Source: Clostridiaceae bacterium (GTDB lineage: Bacteria; Bacillota; Clostridia; Saccharofermentanales; DTU023). From it: a DNA stretch of 64,000 nt. The notes below the pieces were generated by a model. The model made no database searches, was not told where the DNA came from, and worked only from the letters and a program-made list of their open reading frames with translations. Numbering within the stretch: the stretch's first letter is position 1; each line of letters opens with the position of its first letter. The position numbers and the translations under genes were made by a program. Location of the stretch: positions 276 to 64,275 of the forward strand of contig DUPV01000008.1 in NCBI GenBank assembly GCA_012838135.1, read 5' to 3'. This document shows, one piece after another, positions 18,710 through 29,249 of the stretch.

Positions 18710-20521
18710 ATGTCGCAAATTCGGCAAGGAAATGTTCGAAATTTTTGTATTATAGCCCATATTGATCACGGCAAATCAACTTTAGCTGATTGTTTAATTG
18801 AAGAAACCGGTACGCTGACTTCGCGTGAAATGCAAGACCAGGTTTTAGATAATATGGATTTGGAAAAAGAACGGGGTATCACAATAAAAGCACGTGCAAT
18901 CAGAATGGAATACAAACATTCTGACGGTGATACTTATATCTTAAATTTAATTGATACTCCGGGACATGTTGATTTTAATTATGAAGTTTCACGAACTCTA
19001 GAAGCTTGTGACGGCGCCATTCTTGTTGTAGATGCAGCTCAAGGCATTGAAGCTCAGACTTTAGCGAATGTCTACTTGGCATTAGAAGCAGATTTAGAAA
19101 TAATGCCCGTAATTAACAAGATTGATTTACCGTCTGCCAGACCGGAAGAAATTGCGAAAGAAGTTGAAGATATTATCGGTATTGAAGCTCAGGATGCACC
19201 AAGGATTTCCGCCAAAAACCACATCAATATTCAAGCAGTTTTGGATCAGATTATTGAACGGTTACCGGCACCCCGAGGGGATTTAGCTGAACCTTTACAA
19301 GCTTTGATCTTTGATTCGGAATATGACACGTATAAAGGTATTATTGCTCATATTAATATCAAACAGGGCTCAGTCAAAGTTGGTGATCAGATTATGATGA
19401 TGAATACCCGAAAGTCATTTGAAGTGACGGAATTGGGTTATTTTAAGGCTAACGGCGGGATATCGGTTGAAGAACTGGTTACCGGAGATGTCGGTTATCT
19501 TGTAGCAAGTATCAAAAATGTCAAAGATACCAGAGTCGGCGATACGATAACTTTAAAAAACAACCCTGCTGCTAAACCTTTGCCGGGATATAAGCCGGTA
19601 CAACAAATGGTGTTTTGCGGTCTGTATCCGGTGGACGGAGCAGATTATAATAATTTACGTGATGCCTTGGAAAAAGTTCAGCTCAATGATGCTGCCCTAT
19701 CTTTTGAACCGGAAACTTCCGCTGCTTTAGGTTTCGGTTTCCGTTGCGGATTCCTCGGTTTGTTGCACTATGAAATTATTCAGGAAAGAATAGAACGAGA
19801 ATTTGAATTGGATATCATTTCAACTGCACCTTCCGTGATTTTTAAATTACATTTGACTGACGGTTCAATCATCAAATTGGATAATCCGACTAATATGCCG
19901 GCATCTGAAGAAATAGAATATATTGAAGAGCCGATTGTCAATGTCTCGATTGTAATGCCGGATGAGTATATCGGCAATATAATGGATTTATGCCAGGAAC
20001 GACGCGGAATATATCAGACGATGGAATACTTAGAAACAAATCGAGTAAACTTGCACTATGAAATGCCGTTAAATGAAATAATTTATGATTTTTTCGATGC
20101 GCTTAAATCAAGAAGCAGAGGTTATGCTTCACTTGATTATGACTTAAAAGGCTATAAAAGTTCTCAATTGGTCAAGCTTGATATTCTGATTAACGGTGAA
20201 ATTGTCGATGCTCTATCGTTTATTATTCATAAAGACAAGGCATATGCCCGAGGCCGTCGCATGGTGGAAAAATTGAGAGAAGAAATCCCGCGCCAGCAAT
20301 TTGAAATACCGCTTCAGGCAGCTATCGGCGGCAAAATAATTGCACGGGAAACGATCAGAGCTTACCGTAAAGACGTTACTGCCAAATGTTATGGCGGTGA
20401 TATTTCCCGTAAACGAAAACTGCTGGAAAAACAAAAAGAAGGTAAAAAACGTATGCGCCAAGTTGGCAGTGTAGAGATTCCGCAAGAAGCATTTATGAGC
20501 GTACTGAAACTTGATGAATAG
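18710..20521 (+). CDS. lepA: Elongation factor 4
   Basis: Motifs [36 protein letters not shown] and [18 protein letters not shown]. Confidence 0.98.
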   Translation: MSQIRQGNVRNFCIIAHIDHGKSTLADCLIEETGTLTSREMQDQVLDNMDLEKERGITIKARAIRMEYKHSDGDTYILNLIDTPGHVDFNYEVSRTLEACDGAILVVDAAQGIEAQTLANVYLALEADLEIMPVINKIDLPSARPEEIAKEVEDIIGIEAQDAPRISAKNHINIQAVLDQIIERLPAPRGDLAEPLQALIFDSEYDTYKGIIAHINIKQGSVKVGDQIMMMNTRKSFEVTELGYFKANGGISVEELVTGDVGYLVASIKNVKDTRVGDTITLKNNPAAKPLPGYKPVQQMVFCGLYPVDGADYNNLRDALEKVQLNDAALSFEPETSAALGFGFRCGFLGLLHYEIIQERIEREFELDIISTAPSVIFKLHLTDGSIIKLDNPTNMPASEEIEYIEEPIVNVSIVMPDEYIGNIMDLCQERRGIYQTMEYLETNRVNLHYEMPLNEIIYDFFDALKSRSRGYASLDYDLKGYKSSQLVKLDILINGEIVDALSFIIHKDKAYARGRRMVEKLREEIPRQQFEIPLQAAIGGKIIARETIRAYRKDVTAKCYGGDISRKRKLLEKQKEGKKRMRQVGSVEIPQEAFMSVLKLDE

Positions 20522-20643
20522 ATTATAATCCTGGATAAATTACAATTCTAAATTTAGTTGATGAATTGAAACTTAGATGAGTTGTAATCCGCAAAAATTC
20601 TAATCTGAAAAATTGTAAAAAAATGATAAATAAAGGAATCAAA

Positions 20644-21852
20644 ATGTACACTTTTGTTGATAATGTAACAGAATTTGAATTTAATGAATTTGCCGGAAAT
20701 CATGAAAAAACGCACTTGCTCCAATCTTATCAATGGGCACAAGTCAAAAGTACTTATAAACCATTATATGTTGGTGTTAAAGAAGACGGTAAACTCATTG
20801 CAACTGCTTTGATTTTAATTCGTTCATTACCTTTAGGACTAAAATTTGCTTATATACCGAGAGGTCCGCTAATCGATTTTACCAATCAGGAATTATTGAA
20901 ATTCTTTAGCGATAATCTGAAGAAATTAGCGAAAGCCAATGGCTGTTTTATGATTAGAATGGATCCCGGTATTGCATATAAAGTTTATAAAGTTGAAGAA
21001 AAAGATGATTCTGAAGAGACGGAATATGGACAAAATGTCATAGATACCTTAAAAAGTAATGGTTATATTCATCGCGGACTACCGCTCAAAATGCATGATT
21101 CGTTTCAGCCACGTTTTGTAGCTATAGTCAACTTGGACGATACCACCATAAATAATTATCAAACCAGATTAAAAAGCTCGTTGCGCAGAATTCAAAAAAG
21201 AGGCACAAAAATTGAATCAGGCACTTATCAATTTTTGGATGAAATGTCTTCAATGATTAAGTTAACCGAATCGCGCAAAAATGTGAGCTTAAGAAATAGA
21301 GACTATTTCAAACAATTATTAGATGCTTATCCTGAAACTGCAGAAATATATATAGCTTATTTGACTCCGAAGAAAAACATTGAAGTATTTACAAAAGAAA
21401 TAAATAGCTTAACAATAGAAGTTGATAAAATTAAAGATAATTCTCCCAAAAAAGCACATCGCCTTAACGAGCAGATTAATTCATTAAAATCGCTAGTTGA
21501 AGAATTGGAAGATGTGAAAGATGAAGAAAAAACAGTCATCGGTTCTATGCTCAAGATTGATTTTGGTCACACTGTTAATCTTTTGTATGCAGGTAATGAT
21601 GTTAAATTCTCAAAATTTTCTCCGCAAGAATTTATTTACGACCATATCATCAAAGAGTCGATTGCAAAAGGATATAAATATGCTGATATGGGCGGTGTAG
21701 AAGGCAGTCTTGACGACGGTCTTACCTTTTTCAAAGCAAAATTCAATCCTGAGATAGTTGAATATATAGGTGAGTTTGATATGCCATTATCGTTTAAATA
21801 TAAATTATTTAATTTTGCCTGGAAAATGCGACTAAAGCTGAGAAACAGATAA
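20644..21852 (+). CDS. FemABX/MurM-family peptidoglycan cross-bridge peptidyltransferase
   Basis: Motifs HLLQSYQWAQVK, YIPRGP, central coiled coil, YAG and FKAKFN...EYIGEFD. Start taken as ATG 20644 (RBS AAAGGA); the track starts at 20623. Confidence 0.9.
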   Translation: MYTFVDNVTEFEFNEFAGNHEKTHLLQSYQWAQVKSTYKPLYVGVKEDGKLIATALILIRSLPLGLKFAYIPRGPLIDFTNQELLKFFSDNLKKLAKANGCFMIRMDPGIAYKVYKVEEKDDSEETEYGQNVIDTLKSNGYIHRGLPLKMHDSFQPRFVAIVNLDDTTINNYQTRLKSSLRRIQKRGTKIESGTYQFLDEMSSMIKLTESRKNVSLRNRDYFKQLLDAYPETAEIYIAYLTPKKNIEVFTKEINSLTIEVDKIKDNSPKKAHRLNEQINSLKSLVEELEDVKDEEKTVIGSMLKIDFGHTVNLLYAGNDVKFSKFSPQEFIYDHIIKESIAKGYKYADMGGVEGSLDDGLTFFKAKFNPEIVEYIGEFDMPLSFKYKLFNFAWKMRLKLRNR

Positions 21853-21926
21853 TTTATTAAAAAATAAGGATTAATTGAAGCTAATGTGCAGAGTTAAGAC
21901 CTTACTTAATTTAAAGACGAATCAAC

Positions 21927-21955
21927 TTTACTAAAATTACGGTTTTTAGTATACT
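21927..21955 (+). promoter_or_regulatory. Possible sigma-A promoter of tRNA-Leu
   Basis: TTTACT, 17-nt spacer, TATACT. Confidence 0.5.
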
Positions 21956-21983
21956 GACTTGCAAAATTGTTGAGAAAAAATAT

Positions 21984-22066
21984 GCGGATGTGGTGGAATT
22001 GGCAGACACGCTGGATTTAGGTTCCAGTGCGAAAGCATGCAGGTTCGATCCCTGTCATCCGCACCA
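21984..22066 (+). tRNA. tRNA-Leu (anticodon TAG)
   Basis: GCGGATG/CATCCGC acceptor stem; D-loop TGGCAGAC; anticodon stem CTGGA/TCCAG with loop TTTAGGT; long variable arm; T-loop GGTTCGATCC; encoded CCA. Confidence 0.96.
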
Positions 22067-22101
22067 AATCTATTCATGTTTTAGATTTTTAAGGAGAGAA
22101 A

Positions 22102-22833
22102 ATGCGAAAACTTTGTGATTTCTTAGCAATGACAAAATTATTTGCCGGTCTTAATCATAAGGTATATGGTGACTATTGCGAGCAAACCAATATCCACATG
22201 TATTGGAAGGGCGAGTCTATAGCACGCGAAGGTGATGTTTCTTCCGGTGTCGGTATTGTGCTTGAAGGTCAAGTTGCTAAGCAAAAATACTCTCCTGACG
22301 GCGAATTTTCTACTTTAGATCTGCTGGAGACCGGAGATACTTTCGGTGAAGATTTTATTTTTTGTAGCGATAATAAATTTAATTTCAGCTTAGAAGCTGT
22401 TTCCGCAGTTAAATTGGTTTATGTTAAACGTGAAGACTTATTCGAAATGATCAATCGATCGCCTCAGATGTTGAGCAATTTACTTAAATTACTTTCCAGT
22501 CATATTAAGGAACAAAACAAGAGAATCTATACTCTATCCCAGAGAACTTTAAGACAAAAAATATCAGCTTATTTATTGGAGTTGCTTGATCAACAATTAA
22601 CTGAAGAAAATATAACTTTAGAGGAAGCTTCAGCAATTGTTTCAACCCAAGCTGTTGAATTGCCTGCTTCTAAAGAAGTCATTTCGCGCTTGTTGGCAAT
22701 GCCGAGACCGTCATTTTCGCGTGAATTAATATCTATGGAAAAAGATGGCTTAATTAAAGTCAGTGGCAGAGTCATTTGGTTGATGGATTTAGCAGGTCTG
22801 GAAAATGGCATTATCGATAATTTTGCTTCCTGA
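22102..22833 (+). CDS. Crp/Fnr-family transcriptional regulator
   Basis: cNMP-binding-like beta-roll (GDTFGE), TLRQKISAYL helix and C-terminal HTH (MPRPSFSRELISMEKDGLI). Confidence 0.9.
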   Translation: MRKLCDFLAMTKLFAGLNHKVYGDYCEQTNIHMYWKGESIAREGDVSSGVGIVLEGQVAKQKYSPDGEFSTLDLLETGDTFGEDFIFCSDNKFNFSLEAVSAVKLVYVKREDLFEMINRSPQMLSNLLKLLSSHIKEQNKRIYTLSQRTLRQKISAYLLELLDQQLTEENITLEEASAIVSTQAVELPASKEVISRLLAMPRPSFSRELISMEKDGLIKVSGRVIWLMDLAGLENGIIDNFAS

Positions 22834-22879
22834 TTTTTATATCTTTTTTCTTATTAAATATTAGCTTTAGGGGGAATAT

Positions 22880-24550
22880 ATGAAGCAATTATCTGATATT
22901 GAAATTGCTCAAAATGCGAAGTTGCAGCCAATTCAAAAAATTGCTGAAGAAGCGGGAATCGCTGAAGAAAATCTTGAAATATACGGTGGATATAAAGCAA
23001 AGATCAATCTTTCCGCTTTGAAATCGAATTATTCACGTAATAAATTAATTTTGGTAACAGCAATTACTCCTACTTCGGCAGGTGAAGGAAAAACGACAAC
23101 GACAGTCGGTTTGGGTGATGCATTGCGTAGGAGAAATAAGAAAGCTGCCATCGCTTTGCGCGAACCTTCTTTAGGACCTGTATTCGGTATAAAAGGTGGA
23201 GCTGCAGGTGGTGGCTATGCACAAGCTTTGCCAATGGATGATTTGAATTTGCATTTTACCGGTGATTTTCATGCGATAGGTGCGGCAAATAATTTGTTGG
23301 CAGCAATGCTTGATAATCATATTCATCAAGGAAACTCCTTAGATATCGATACGCGGCGTATTGTTTGGAAACGCTGTGTTGATATGAATGACCGCCAATT
23401 GCGCAATATTGTTGATGGACTTGGCACTAAAGTTGATGGTGTTCCGCGGCAAGACGGTTTTGATATTACTGCCGCTTCGGAAGTCATGGCGGTTTTTTGT
23501 CTGGCAAATTCAATTGATGATTTGAAACAACGTCTCAAACGCATGATAGTAGCTTATAATCATTCAGGTGATGTGGTAACCGCAGGTGATTTGAAAGCTG
23601 AAGGTGCAATGACGGTTTTGCTGAAAGATGCAATTAAACCGAATTTAATTCAAACAATTGAAGGTACTCCGACTTATGTACACGGCGGACCTTTTGCCAA
23701 TATTGCCCATGGCTGTAATAGTATCTTAGCTACAAAAATGGCATTGAGTCATCATGAATATACGATTACCGAAGCCGGATTCGGTTCGGATCTCGGGGCA
23801 GAAAAATTTCTCGACATCAAATGCAGAGAAAATCATCTTAAGCCGAATGCAGTTGTGCTTGTTGCAACAGTGAGAGCACTCAAAAAACATGGTGGAGTTA
23901 AAAATACCGAATTAAATAGTGAGAATTTAACAGCCTTGAAACAAGGAATACCCAATCTCTTACGCCATATTTTTCTTTTGCGAAACATTTTTAACTTAAA
24001 AGTTGTTGTTGCAATCAATCGTTTTCCGTCTGATACGGAAGCTGAATTGAATATTATTAAATCTGCCTGTAATGCGAACAATATTCAGGCTTGCTTATCC
24101 GAAGTCTGGTCAAAAGGCGGAGCCGGCGGTTTAGAATTAGCTGATAAAGTGATCAAACTTTGCGCAACAGAAAGTGAACTGAAATTTGCCTATGATTTAA
24201 ATCAAGGTATCAAAGAAAAAATCACTGAACTTGCCCGCAATGTTTATTGTGCAGATGGAGTTGATTTTACCAATCTGGCATCACAAAAAATAATAGAAGC
24301 GGAACAAGCAGGTTATCGTAATTTGCCGATATGTATGGCAAAGACTCAGTACTCATTTTCCGATGATGCTTCACTATTAGCTGCGCCGAAAAATTTCAGA
24401 ATTACTGTAAGAGATATCAGAATTTCTGCAGGGGCGGGTTTTATTGTAGCTTTGACCGGCACAATTATGACAATGCCCGGTTTACCGAAAGTTCCGGCAG
24501 CGGAAAATATCGATATTGATGAGCAGGGAATTATCAAAGGCTTAATGTAG
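22880..24550 (+). CDS. fhs: Formate--tetrahydrofolate ligase
   Basis: Motifs [50 protein letters not shown] and TMPGLP. Confidence 0.98.
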   Translation: MKQLSDIEIAQNAKLQPIQKIAEEAGIAEENLEIYGGYKAKINLSALKSNYSRNKLILVTAITPTSAGEGKTTTTVGLGDALRRRNKKAAIALREPSLGPVFGIKGGAAGGGYAQALPMDDLNLHFTGDFHAIGAANNLLAAMLDNHIHQGNSLDIDTRRIVWKRCVDMNDRQLRNIVDGLGTKVDGVPRQDGFDITAASEVMAVFCLANSIDDLKQRLKRMIVAYNHSGDVVTAGDLKAEGAMTVLLKDAIKPNLIQTIEGTPTYVHGGPFANIAHGCNSILATKMALSHHEYTITEAGFGSDLGAEKFLDIKCRENHLKPNAVVLVATVRALKKHGGVKNTELNSENLTALKQGIPNLLRHIFLLRNIFNLKVVVAINRFPSDTEAELNIIKSACNANNIQACLSEVWSKGGAGGLELADKVIKLCATESELKFAYDLNQGIKEKITELARNVYCADGVDFTNLASQKIIEAEQAGYRNLPICMAKTQYSFSDDASLLAAPKNFRITVRDIRISAGAGFIVALTGTIMTMPGLPKVPAAENIDIDEQGIIKGLM

Positions 24551-24699
24551 ATAATAATCGTAATTTTTCAATATTATTTGTGCATACTTTACAAATGTAA
24601 TATAATTGCTATAAACTTGTTAACCCTTTGATACAGTCAATCAAAAGTCTGTGACCTTATTTAAGGTAAAATTGATATTGATAATCAGGAAGGTAGATC

Positions 24700-25863
24700 A
24701 TGGAAGAGATTAAAAAATGTATAGAAGAAGCATCACATTTTCTCGATGCAACCATGGGTGCGACAAATAAAGACGGATTGATCTTTGCCGCTACCGATGA
24801 ATCGTTATTGGGTAATCAGGACAGTTCGGTCAAAGCTTTTGTAATATCCTCCGATAATAAAACTGTTGCCGGCGGTAACACTTATATTAAGCTGAATCAT
24901 GATCAGAAGTTAGTCGCAATTGCATTTATCAAAGGTACAGATGTTGTATCAGCCAATTATCTTGAGTTATTGGCGGGCTGGATCGGATCTGCACTCAAAG
25001 AAAAAAACACGGAAGAAGAAAGTGAAGGATTTTTGAAAAATGTTTTGCTGGAAAATGAATTGCCGGGTGACATTCCTCTGAAGGCTCGTGAGTACAGAAT
25101 TCCTTACACGCATCCACGACAAGCTTTATTGATTAATTTTAAAGAAAATTTTGATTTACAGGTCAAGTCAGCATTGAACTCAATTTTGGAATCCGATTTG
25201 GAACATCGCATTTTGCCTATGGATGAAAAGAATTTGGTTATTCTTTTGGATTTAGGAAAATATGCCGATTTATTGAAGCGCAGTAATTCTGAAGAAGTGG
25301 CTGATGATGAAGTTGAGGAAAAGATAAATGAAATAGATTATCTTCCGATCGAAATATATAATGCTCTAAATGAGAGAATAGAGAAATTGGAGCTACACAT
25401 TGGTGTAGGTATGCCGACTGAAACTTTGAAAGATATTTCAAGATCGTATCGTGAAGCATCATTGGCATTAACTGTAGGCAAGATTTTTGAAAGTGAACAG
25501 AAGATCATGCGTTATAATAAGTTGGGTTTAGGTCGTTTAATTTATCAACTACCGCCTACTTTATGCCAAATGTTCCTTTCAGAAGTTTTCGAACCGGGAA
25601 CATATGAGCAATTGGATCCGGAAACATTATTGACAATTGATAAGTTTTTTGATAATAGTTTGAATGGTTCAGAGACATCAAGACAACTATTTGTTCACCG
25701 TAATACTTTGGTTTATCGTTTGGATAAAGTGGAAAAGATTACCGGTTTGGACCTGAGATCTTTTGATGATGCTGTATTGTTTAAACTTGCCTCGATGGTC
25801 AGAAAATATCTTGAATCTCTTAAATTGGACGGAACCTTTAATCCTGTGGGTAATAAATGGTAA
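24700..25863 (+). CDS. PucR/CdaR-family transcriptional regulator
   Basis: Degenerate GGDEF-like middle domain and C-terminal HTH SETSRQLFVHRNTLVYRLDKVEKITGLDL. Confidence 0.92.
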   Translation: MEEIKKCIEEASHFLDATMGATNKDGLIFAATDESLLGNQDSSVKAFVISSDNKTVAGGNTYIKLNHDQKLVAIAFIKGTDVVSANYLELLAGWIGSALKEKNTEEESEGFLKNVLLENELPGDIPLKAREYRIPYTHPRQALLINFKENFDLQVKSALNSILESDLEHRILPMDEKNLVILLDLGKYADLLKRSNSEEVADDEVEEKINEIDYLPIEIYNALNERIEKLELHIGVGMPTETLKDISRSYREASLALTVGKIFESEQKIMRYNKLGLGRLIYQLPPTLCQMFLSEVFEPGTYEQLDPETLLTIDKFFDNSLNGSETSRQLFVHRNTLVYRLDKVEKITGLDLRSFDDAVLFKLASMVRKYLESLKLDGTFNPVGNKW

Positions 25864-25882
25864 AAGATTGAGGTAAATTCTT

Positions 25883-26821
25883 TTGATTGAATTTAGAAAT
25901 GCCGAAAAAATTTATCCGAACGGTGCAAAAGCACTAACAGATATAAATTTCAAAATAGAATCCGGAGAATTCGTATTTTGCGTTGGGGAAAGTGGTGCAG
26001 GAAAGTCCACCTTAATCAGGTTAATAACCTGTGAAGAAAGACCCAGTAAAGGAACAGTAATTCTTGATAATTATGAACTGAGTCGTTTGCAAAAACGACT
26101 CATTCCTAATTTGCGCAGAAAAATAGGCATGATTTTCCAAGATTTTCGTTTAATTGAATCGAAAACGGTTTTTGAAAATGTAGCCTTTGCGATGGAAATT
26201 ATGGGCGCTTCAAAAGCACAAATAAAACGAAGAGTATCAATGGTTTTAAGTGTTGTCGGTTTACGTGATAAAGCTGCCCATTATCCGTCGGAATTGTCCG
26301 GAGGCGAAGCTCAAAGGGTCGGCGTAGCGCGGGCAATGATTAATAATCCGGGCTTGATTTTGGCTGATGAGCCTACCGGAAATCTGGATCCGGTTAATGG
26401 AGAGGCCATTTTAGCTTTGTTGGAAGAAATCAATCGGGCAGGCACGACAGTTATTTGCTGTACGCATGATGCAAGTTTAGTTAATTTAATGCAGAAACGG
26501 GTTATCGAATTGGATCACGGACGCTTGGTGCGCGATGAGCAATGTGGCGCGTACACGGATTTTCCGGGAAGAGAATTGAGTTTCGAGCGTTCTGATGCGG
26601 ATATTGCTGAATTGGATGAAGCTATACATGAAAATATGTTTTATGAGCATCAACAAAGACAAGACAAAAGAGCGAAACAATCAGCTGAGATTAAATCAAT
26701 GCTGGATGAAGATAGCAGAAAAAGAAGAAATCGCCTTTCCTTAGCGGAACGTATTGCAAAAATGCGAATGTTGGCTGAAAATATTGAACCGAATGATTCT
26801 GAGAGCAAAAGTGATATTTGA
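25883..26821 (+). CDS. ftsE: Cell division ATP-binding protein FtsE, with a long C-terminal extension
   Basis: Motifs GESGAGKST, LRRKIGMIFQDFRL, LSGGE and ILADEPTGNLDP; upstream of ftsX; TTG start. Confidence 0.93.
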   Translation: MIEFRNAEKIYPNGAKALTDINFKIESGEFVFCVGESGAGKSTLIRLITCEERPSKGTVILDNYELSRLQKRLIPNLRRKIGMIFQDFRLIESKTVFENVAFAMEIMGASKAQIKRRVSMVLSVVGLRDKAAHYPSELSGGEAQRVGVARAMINNPGLILADEPTGNLDPVNGEAILALLEEINRAGTTVICCTHDASLVNLMQKRVIELDHGRLVRDEQCGAYTDFPGRELSFERSDADIAELDEAIHENMFYEHQQRQDKRAKQSAEIKSMLDEDSRKRRNRLSLAERIAKMRMLAENIEPNDSESKSDI

Positions 26822-26862
26822 TTAGCAGCTTCGGTTTGTAAGGTTAGAAAAGAGCGATATTC

Positions 26863-27756
26863 ATGAAAAGCAGAAGATTTTTATACGCTGTCAGAGACGG
26901 ATTTGTTAATTTAAAGCGTCATCCCTTGGTTTTAATTGCATCCATTACAACTATGATGTTACTATTACTGATCAGCAGTTCTTTTACCGCTTTTGCGATT
27001 AACTTAAGGAATCTGGTAGAAATTGCCGGGCAGAAGCCGCCGATTGAAATTATGTTCAAGACGGGTACCATAGCGGCTGATGCAGAAAATTTTGATAAAT
27101 TATTGGAAGAAAATCCCAATGTCATTTTTCATAAGATAAATACTCCGCAAGAAAACTATGAAATTTTCATTGAAAGCCTCGGTAAAGAGGAATTATTTAA
27201 AGACTTTGATTATACGGCGAGAATACCTTATACAATCAACGTAAGACTGGCTGATCCTGCATTAGGTGAAGAATTTCGCAATTGGAGCATGCAAAATCCC
27301 AATATTAAAGATATTTATATGGAAGATGAATTGATGAAAATGCTAAATCAACTGTTGCATGGAGTTACGACAGTCAGCATTGTTATTATATTGATTCTGG
27401 CCTTAATTACGGTCTTTATTATTTCGAATATGATCAGAATCGCTGCTTTAGCAAGATCATATGAAATTAACGTTATGAAATTTATCGGTGCGACAAATTC
27501 ATATATCAGAATTCCTTTTATTATTCAAGGAGTGGTAGTAGGATTTGTAGGATCGGCTTTGGCTTCCGTTATTTTCGGATTAGGCTACAATACAATTTAT
27601 CACCATTTCGGTCAGGATATTTTAAACAGAGCTGACTTTGCTTTAATCTCGCCGAATCAAATAGTACCGATAATTATTTTAATCAGTGTGGTTGCGGGGC
27701 TGTTAATCGGAGCAATATTCAGCGGTTTGGCAATTAGAAAACATGTGGATGTTTAA
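26863..27756 (+). CDS. ftsX: Cell division permease FtsX
   Basis: Four-TM topology with a large extracellular loop; EINVMKFIGATNSYIRIPF motif. Confidence 0.93.
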   Translation: MKSRRFLYAVRDGFVNLKRHPLVLIASITTMMLLLLISSSFTAFAINLRNLVEIAGQKPPIEIMFKTGTIAADAENFDKLLEENPNVIFHKINTPQENYEIFIESLGKEELFKDFDYTARIPYTINVRLADPALGEEFRNWSMQNPNIKDIYMEDELMKMLNQLLHGVTTVSIVIILILALITVFIISNMIRIAALARSYEINVMKFIGATNSYIRIPFIIQGVVVGFVGSALASVIFGLGYNTIYHHFGQDILNRADFALISPNQIVPIIILISVVAGLLIGAIFSGLAIRKHVDV

Positions 27757-27767
27757 GGAAAGATTTT

Positions 27768-29162
27768 ATGAGATGTGCTAAATATAAAAATGATATCATA
27801 AATAAAAAATCTCCAATCAGCATCAGTCTGATTTGTGTTGTTATCTTCAGTTTGCTGATCATTATTTTCAGCAGTACCTCGGTCAAAGCTGATGAGTTGG
27901 TTGAGGTTCAAAATCAAATTGACAGTTTGCTAGCCCAAAAAGAGAATGTCGTTTATCAACGTTCTCTGGTTGAAGCAGATTTATACAATTTACAAAATCT
28001 GAAAACAACTTCAGAAGAAAGTTTAGCTTGGCTTAATGAACGCAACACAGAACAGCAAGAAGTTTATATTGCACTTAAAGAAAAGCAAGATTTAATTTTG
28101 ACGATTCAGGCTTCTTATCTGGAAAATCTTAATGTTACCAAGCAAAATTTCGAAACTAAAGTAGAACAATATGGTGACAGAATTGAAACGATGTTCGGAA
28201 TGCAAAACAAATCAATCTTTGAGTTGTTTTTGGAATCAGATAGTCTGGAAGGATTTTTCACATCTGTGAAATTTATGCGGATTATCACAGATGAAGATGA
28301 AGCTGCATTGGCAGACCTGGAAGAATCGCGTGACAATCTGACGCAATTGACCGAAGATACCCAAGTAACAATAGATGCGAATAATCAGGAATTAGAAGAA
28401 ATTAATGAAATTCTGGCTGGCATAGAAGCTGATATCAATTATCAAGTCGATGAAATTGCAATACTGGATACTTCAATATCAGATTTAGCAGGTCAAATTG
28501 ATACATTTGCATTAAGTGAAGATGAAATTCAATGGGCTTTAGCGGAAGCTGAGTCCAATTTGGCCAGAATTGAATCACAGCGGGAAGCGGAGCGTCTTGC
28601 TGCTGAACAAGCGGCAGCATTGGCAGCTCAACAAGCGGCACAAGCTGTACAGCCAACTCAACCTGCGGCGGCAGCAGCCAATGCACATACTGAAACTGAT
28701 GATTCTGTGGGAGGACCGCAGACCGTGGAAGATTTTGCATCTGCTGAACCACCGCCAGCTCAAGAACCGGTTTATAACGGTGGCGGTTTAGCCTGGCCGG
28801 TTCCGAGTTCATATACGATAACTTCTTATTATGGATATCGTACTTTTGGCGGATATTCCGATTTCCATACGGGAACGGATATTGGTGCACCATCCGGAAC
28901 ACCTGTAGTTGCTCCGGCACCCGGAACTGTAACCTTTGTCGGCTGGAAAAATGTTAATGGCAACACGGTGATAATTGATCATGGTAACGGAATGACGTCT
29001 TTGTATTGCCATTTGAGCGGTTATGCTTGCAGTGTTGGTCAAGTCGTATCAACCGGACAAACAATATGCTATATTGGTTCAACCGGATTCTCTACAGGTC
29101 CTCATTTACATTATGAAATCAGAGTCAACGGTTCTTTTGTAGATCCGTTAACTTATTATTAA
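27768..29162 (+). CDS. Secreted coiled-coil M23 peptidoglycan endopeptidase (FtsEX partner candidate)
   Basis: Signal peptide ending VKA, long coiled coil, Ala/Gln/Pro linker, M23 domain with HTGTD and HLH zinc ligands. Confidence 0.9.
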   Translation: MRCAKYKNDIINKKSPISISLICVVIFSLLIIIFSSTSVKADELVEVQNQIDSLLAQKENVVYQRSLVEADLYNLQNLKTTSEESLAWLNERNTEQQEVYIALKEKQDLILTIQASYLENLNVTKQNFETKVEQYGDRIETMFGMQNKSIFELFLESDSLEGFFTSVKFMRIITDEDEAALADLEESRDNLTQLTEDTQVTIDANNQELEEINEILAGIEADINYQVDEIAILDTSISDLAGQIDTFALSEDEIQWALAEAESNLARIESQREAERLAAEQAAALAAQQAAQAVQPTQPAAAAANAHTETDDSVGGPQTVEDFASAEPPPAQEPVYNGGGLAWPVPSSYTITSYYGYRTFGGYSDFHTGTDIGAPSGTPVVAPAPGTVTFVGWKNVNGNTVIIDHGNGMTSLYCHLSGYACSVGQVVSTGQTICYIGSTGFSTGPHLHYEIRVNGSFVDPLTYY

Positions 29163-29249
29163 AATTCATAACCAAAATAGTTTTATTATTATATAATAGA
29201 CCTTGTTATGACTTGACAAACGAAATGATTTCGACAAGGAGATTTTAAG

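Noticed and set aside
21984-22066. tRNA-Leu as a possible island integration site
   Set aside because: No integrase, no duplicated tRNA 3' end elsewhere in the window, and the downstream genes look native.
24627-24648. TTGAT-N7-ATCAA upstream of the CdaR-family gene as a possible FNR/Crp site for the nearby regulator
   Set aside because: The spacer is 7 nt rather than the 4 nt of the FNR box.
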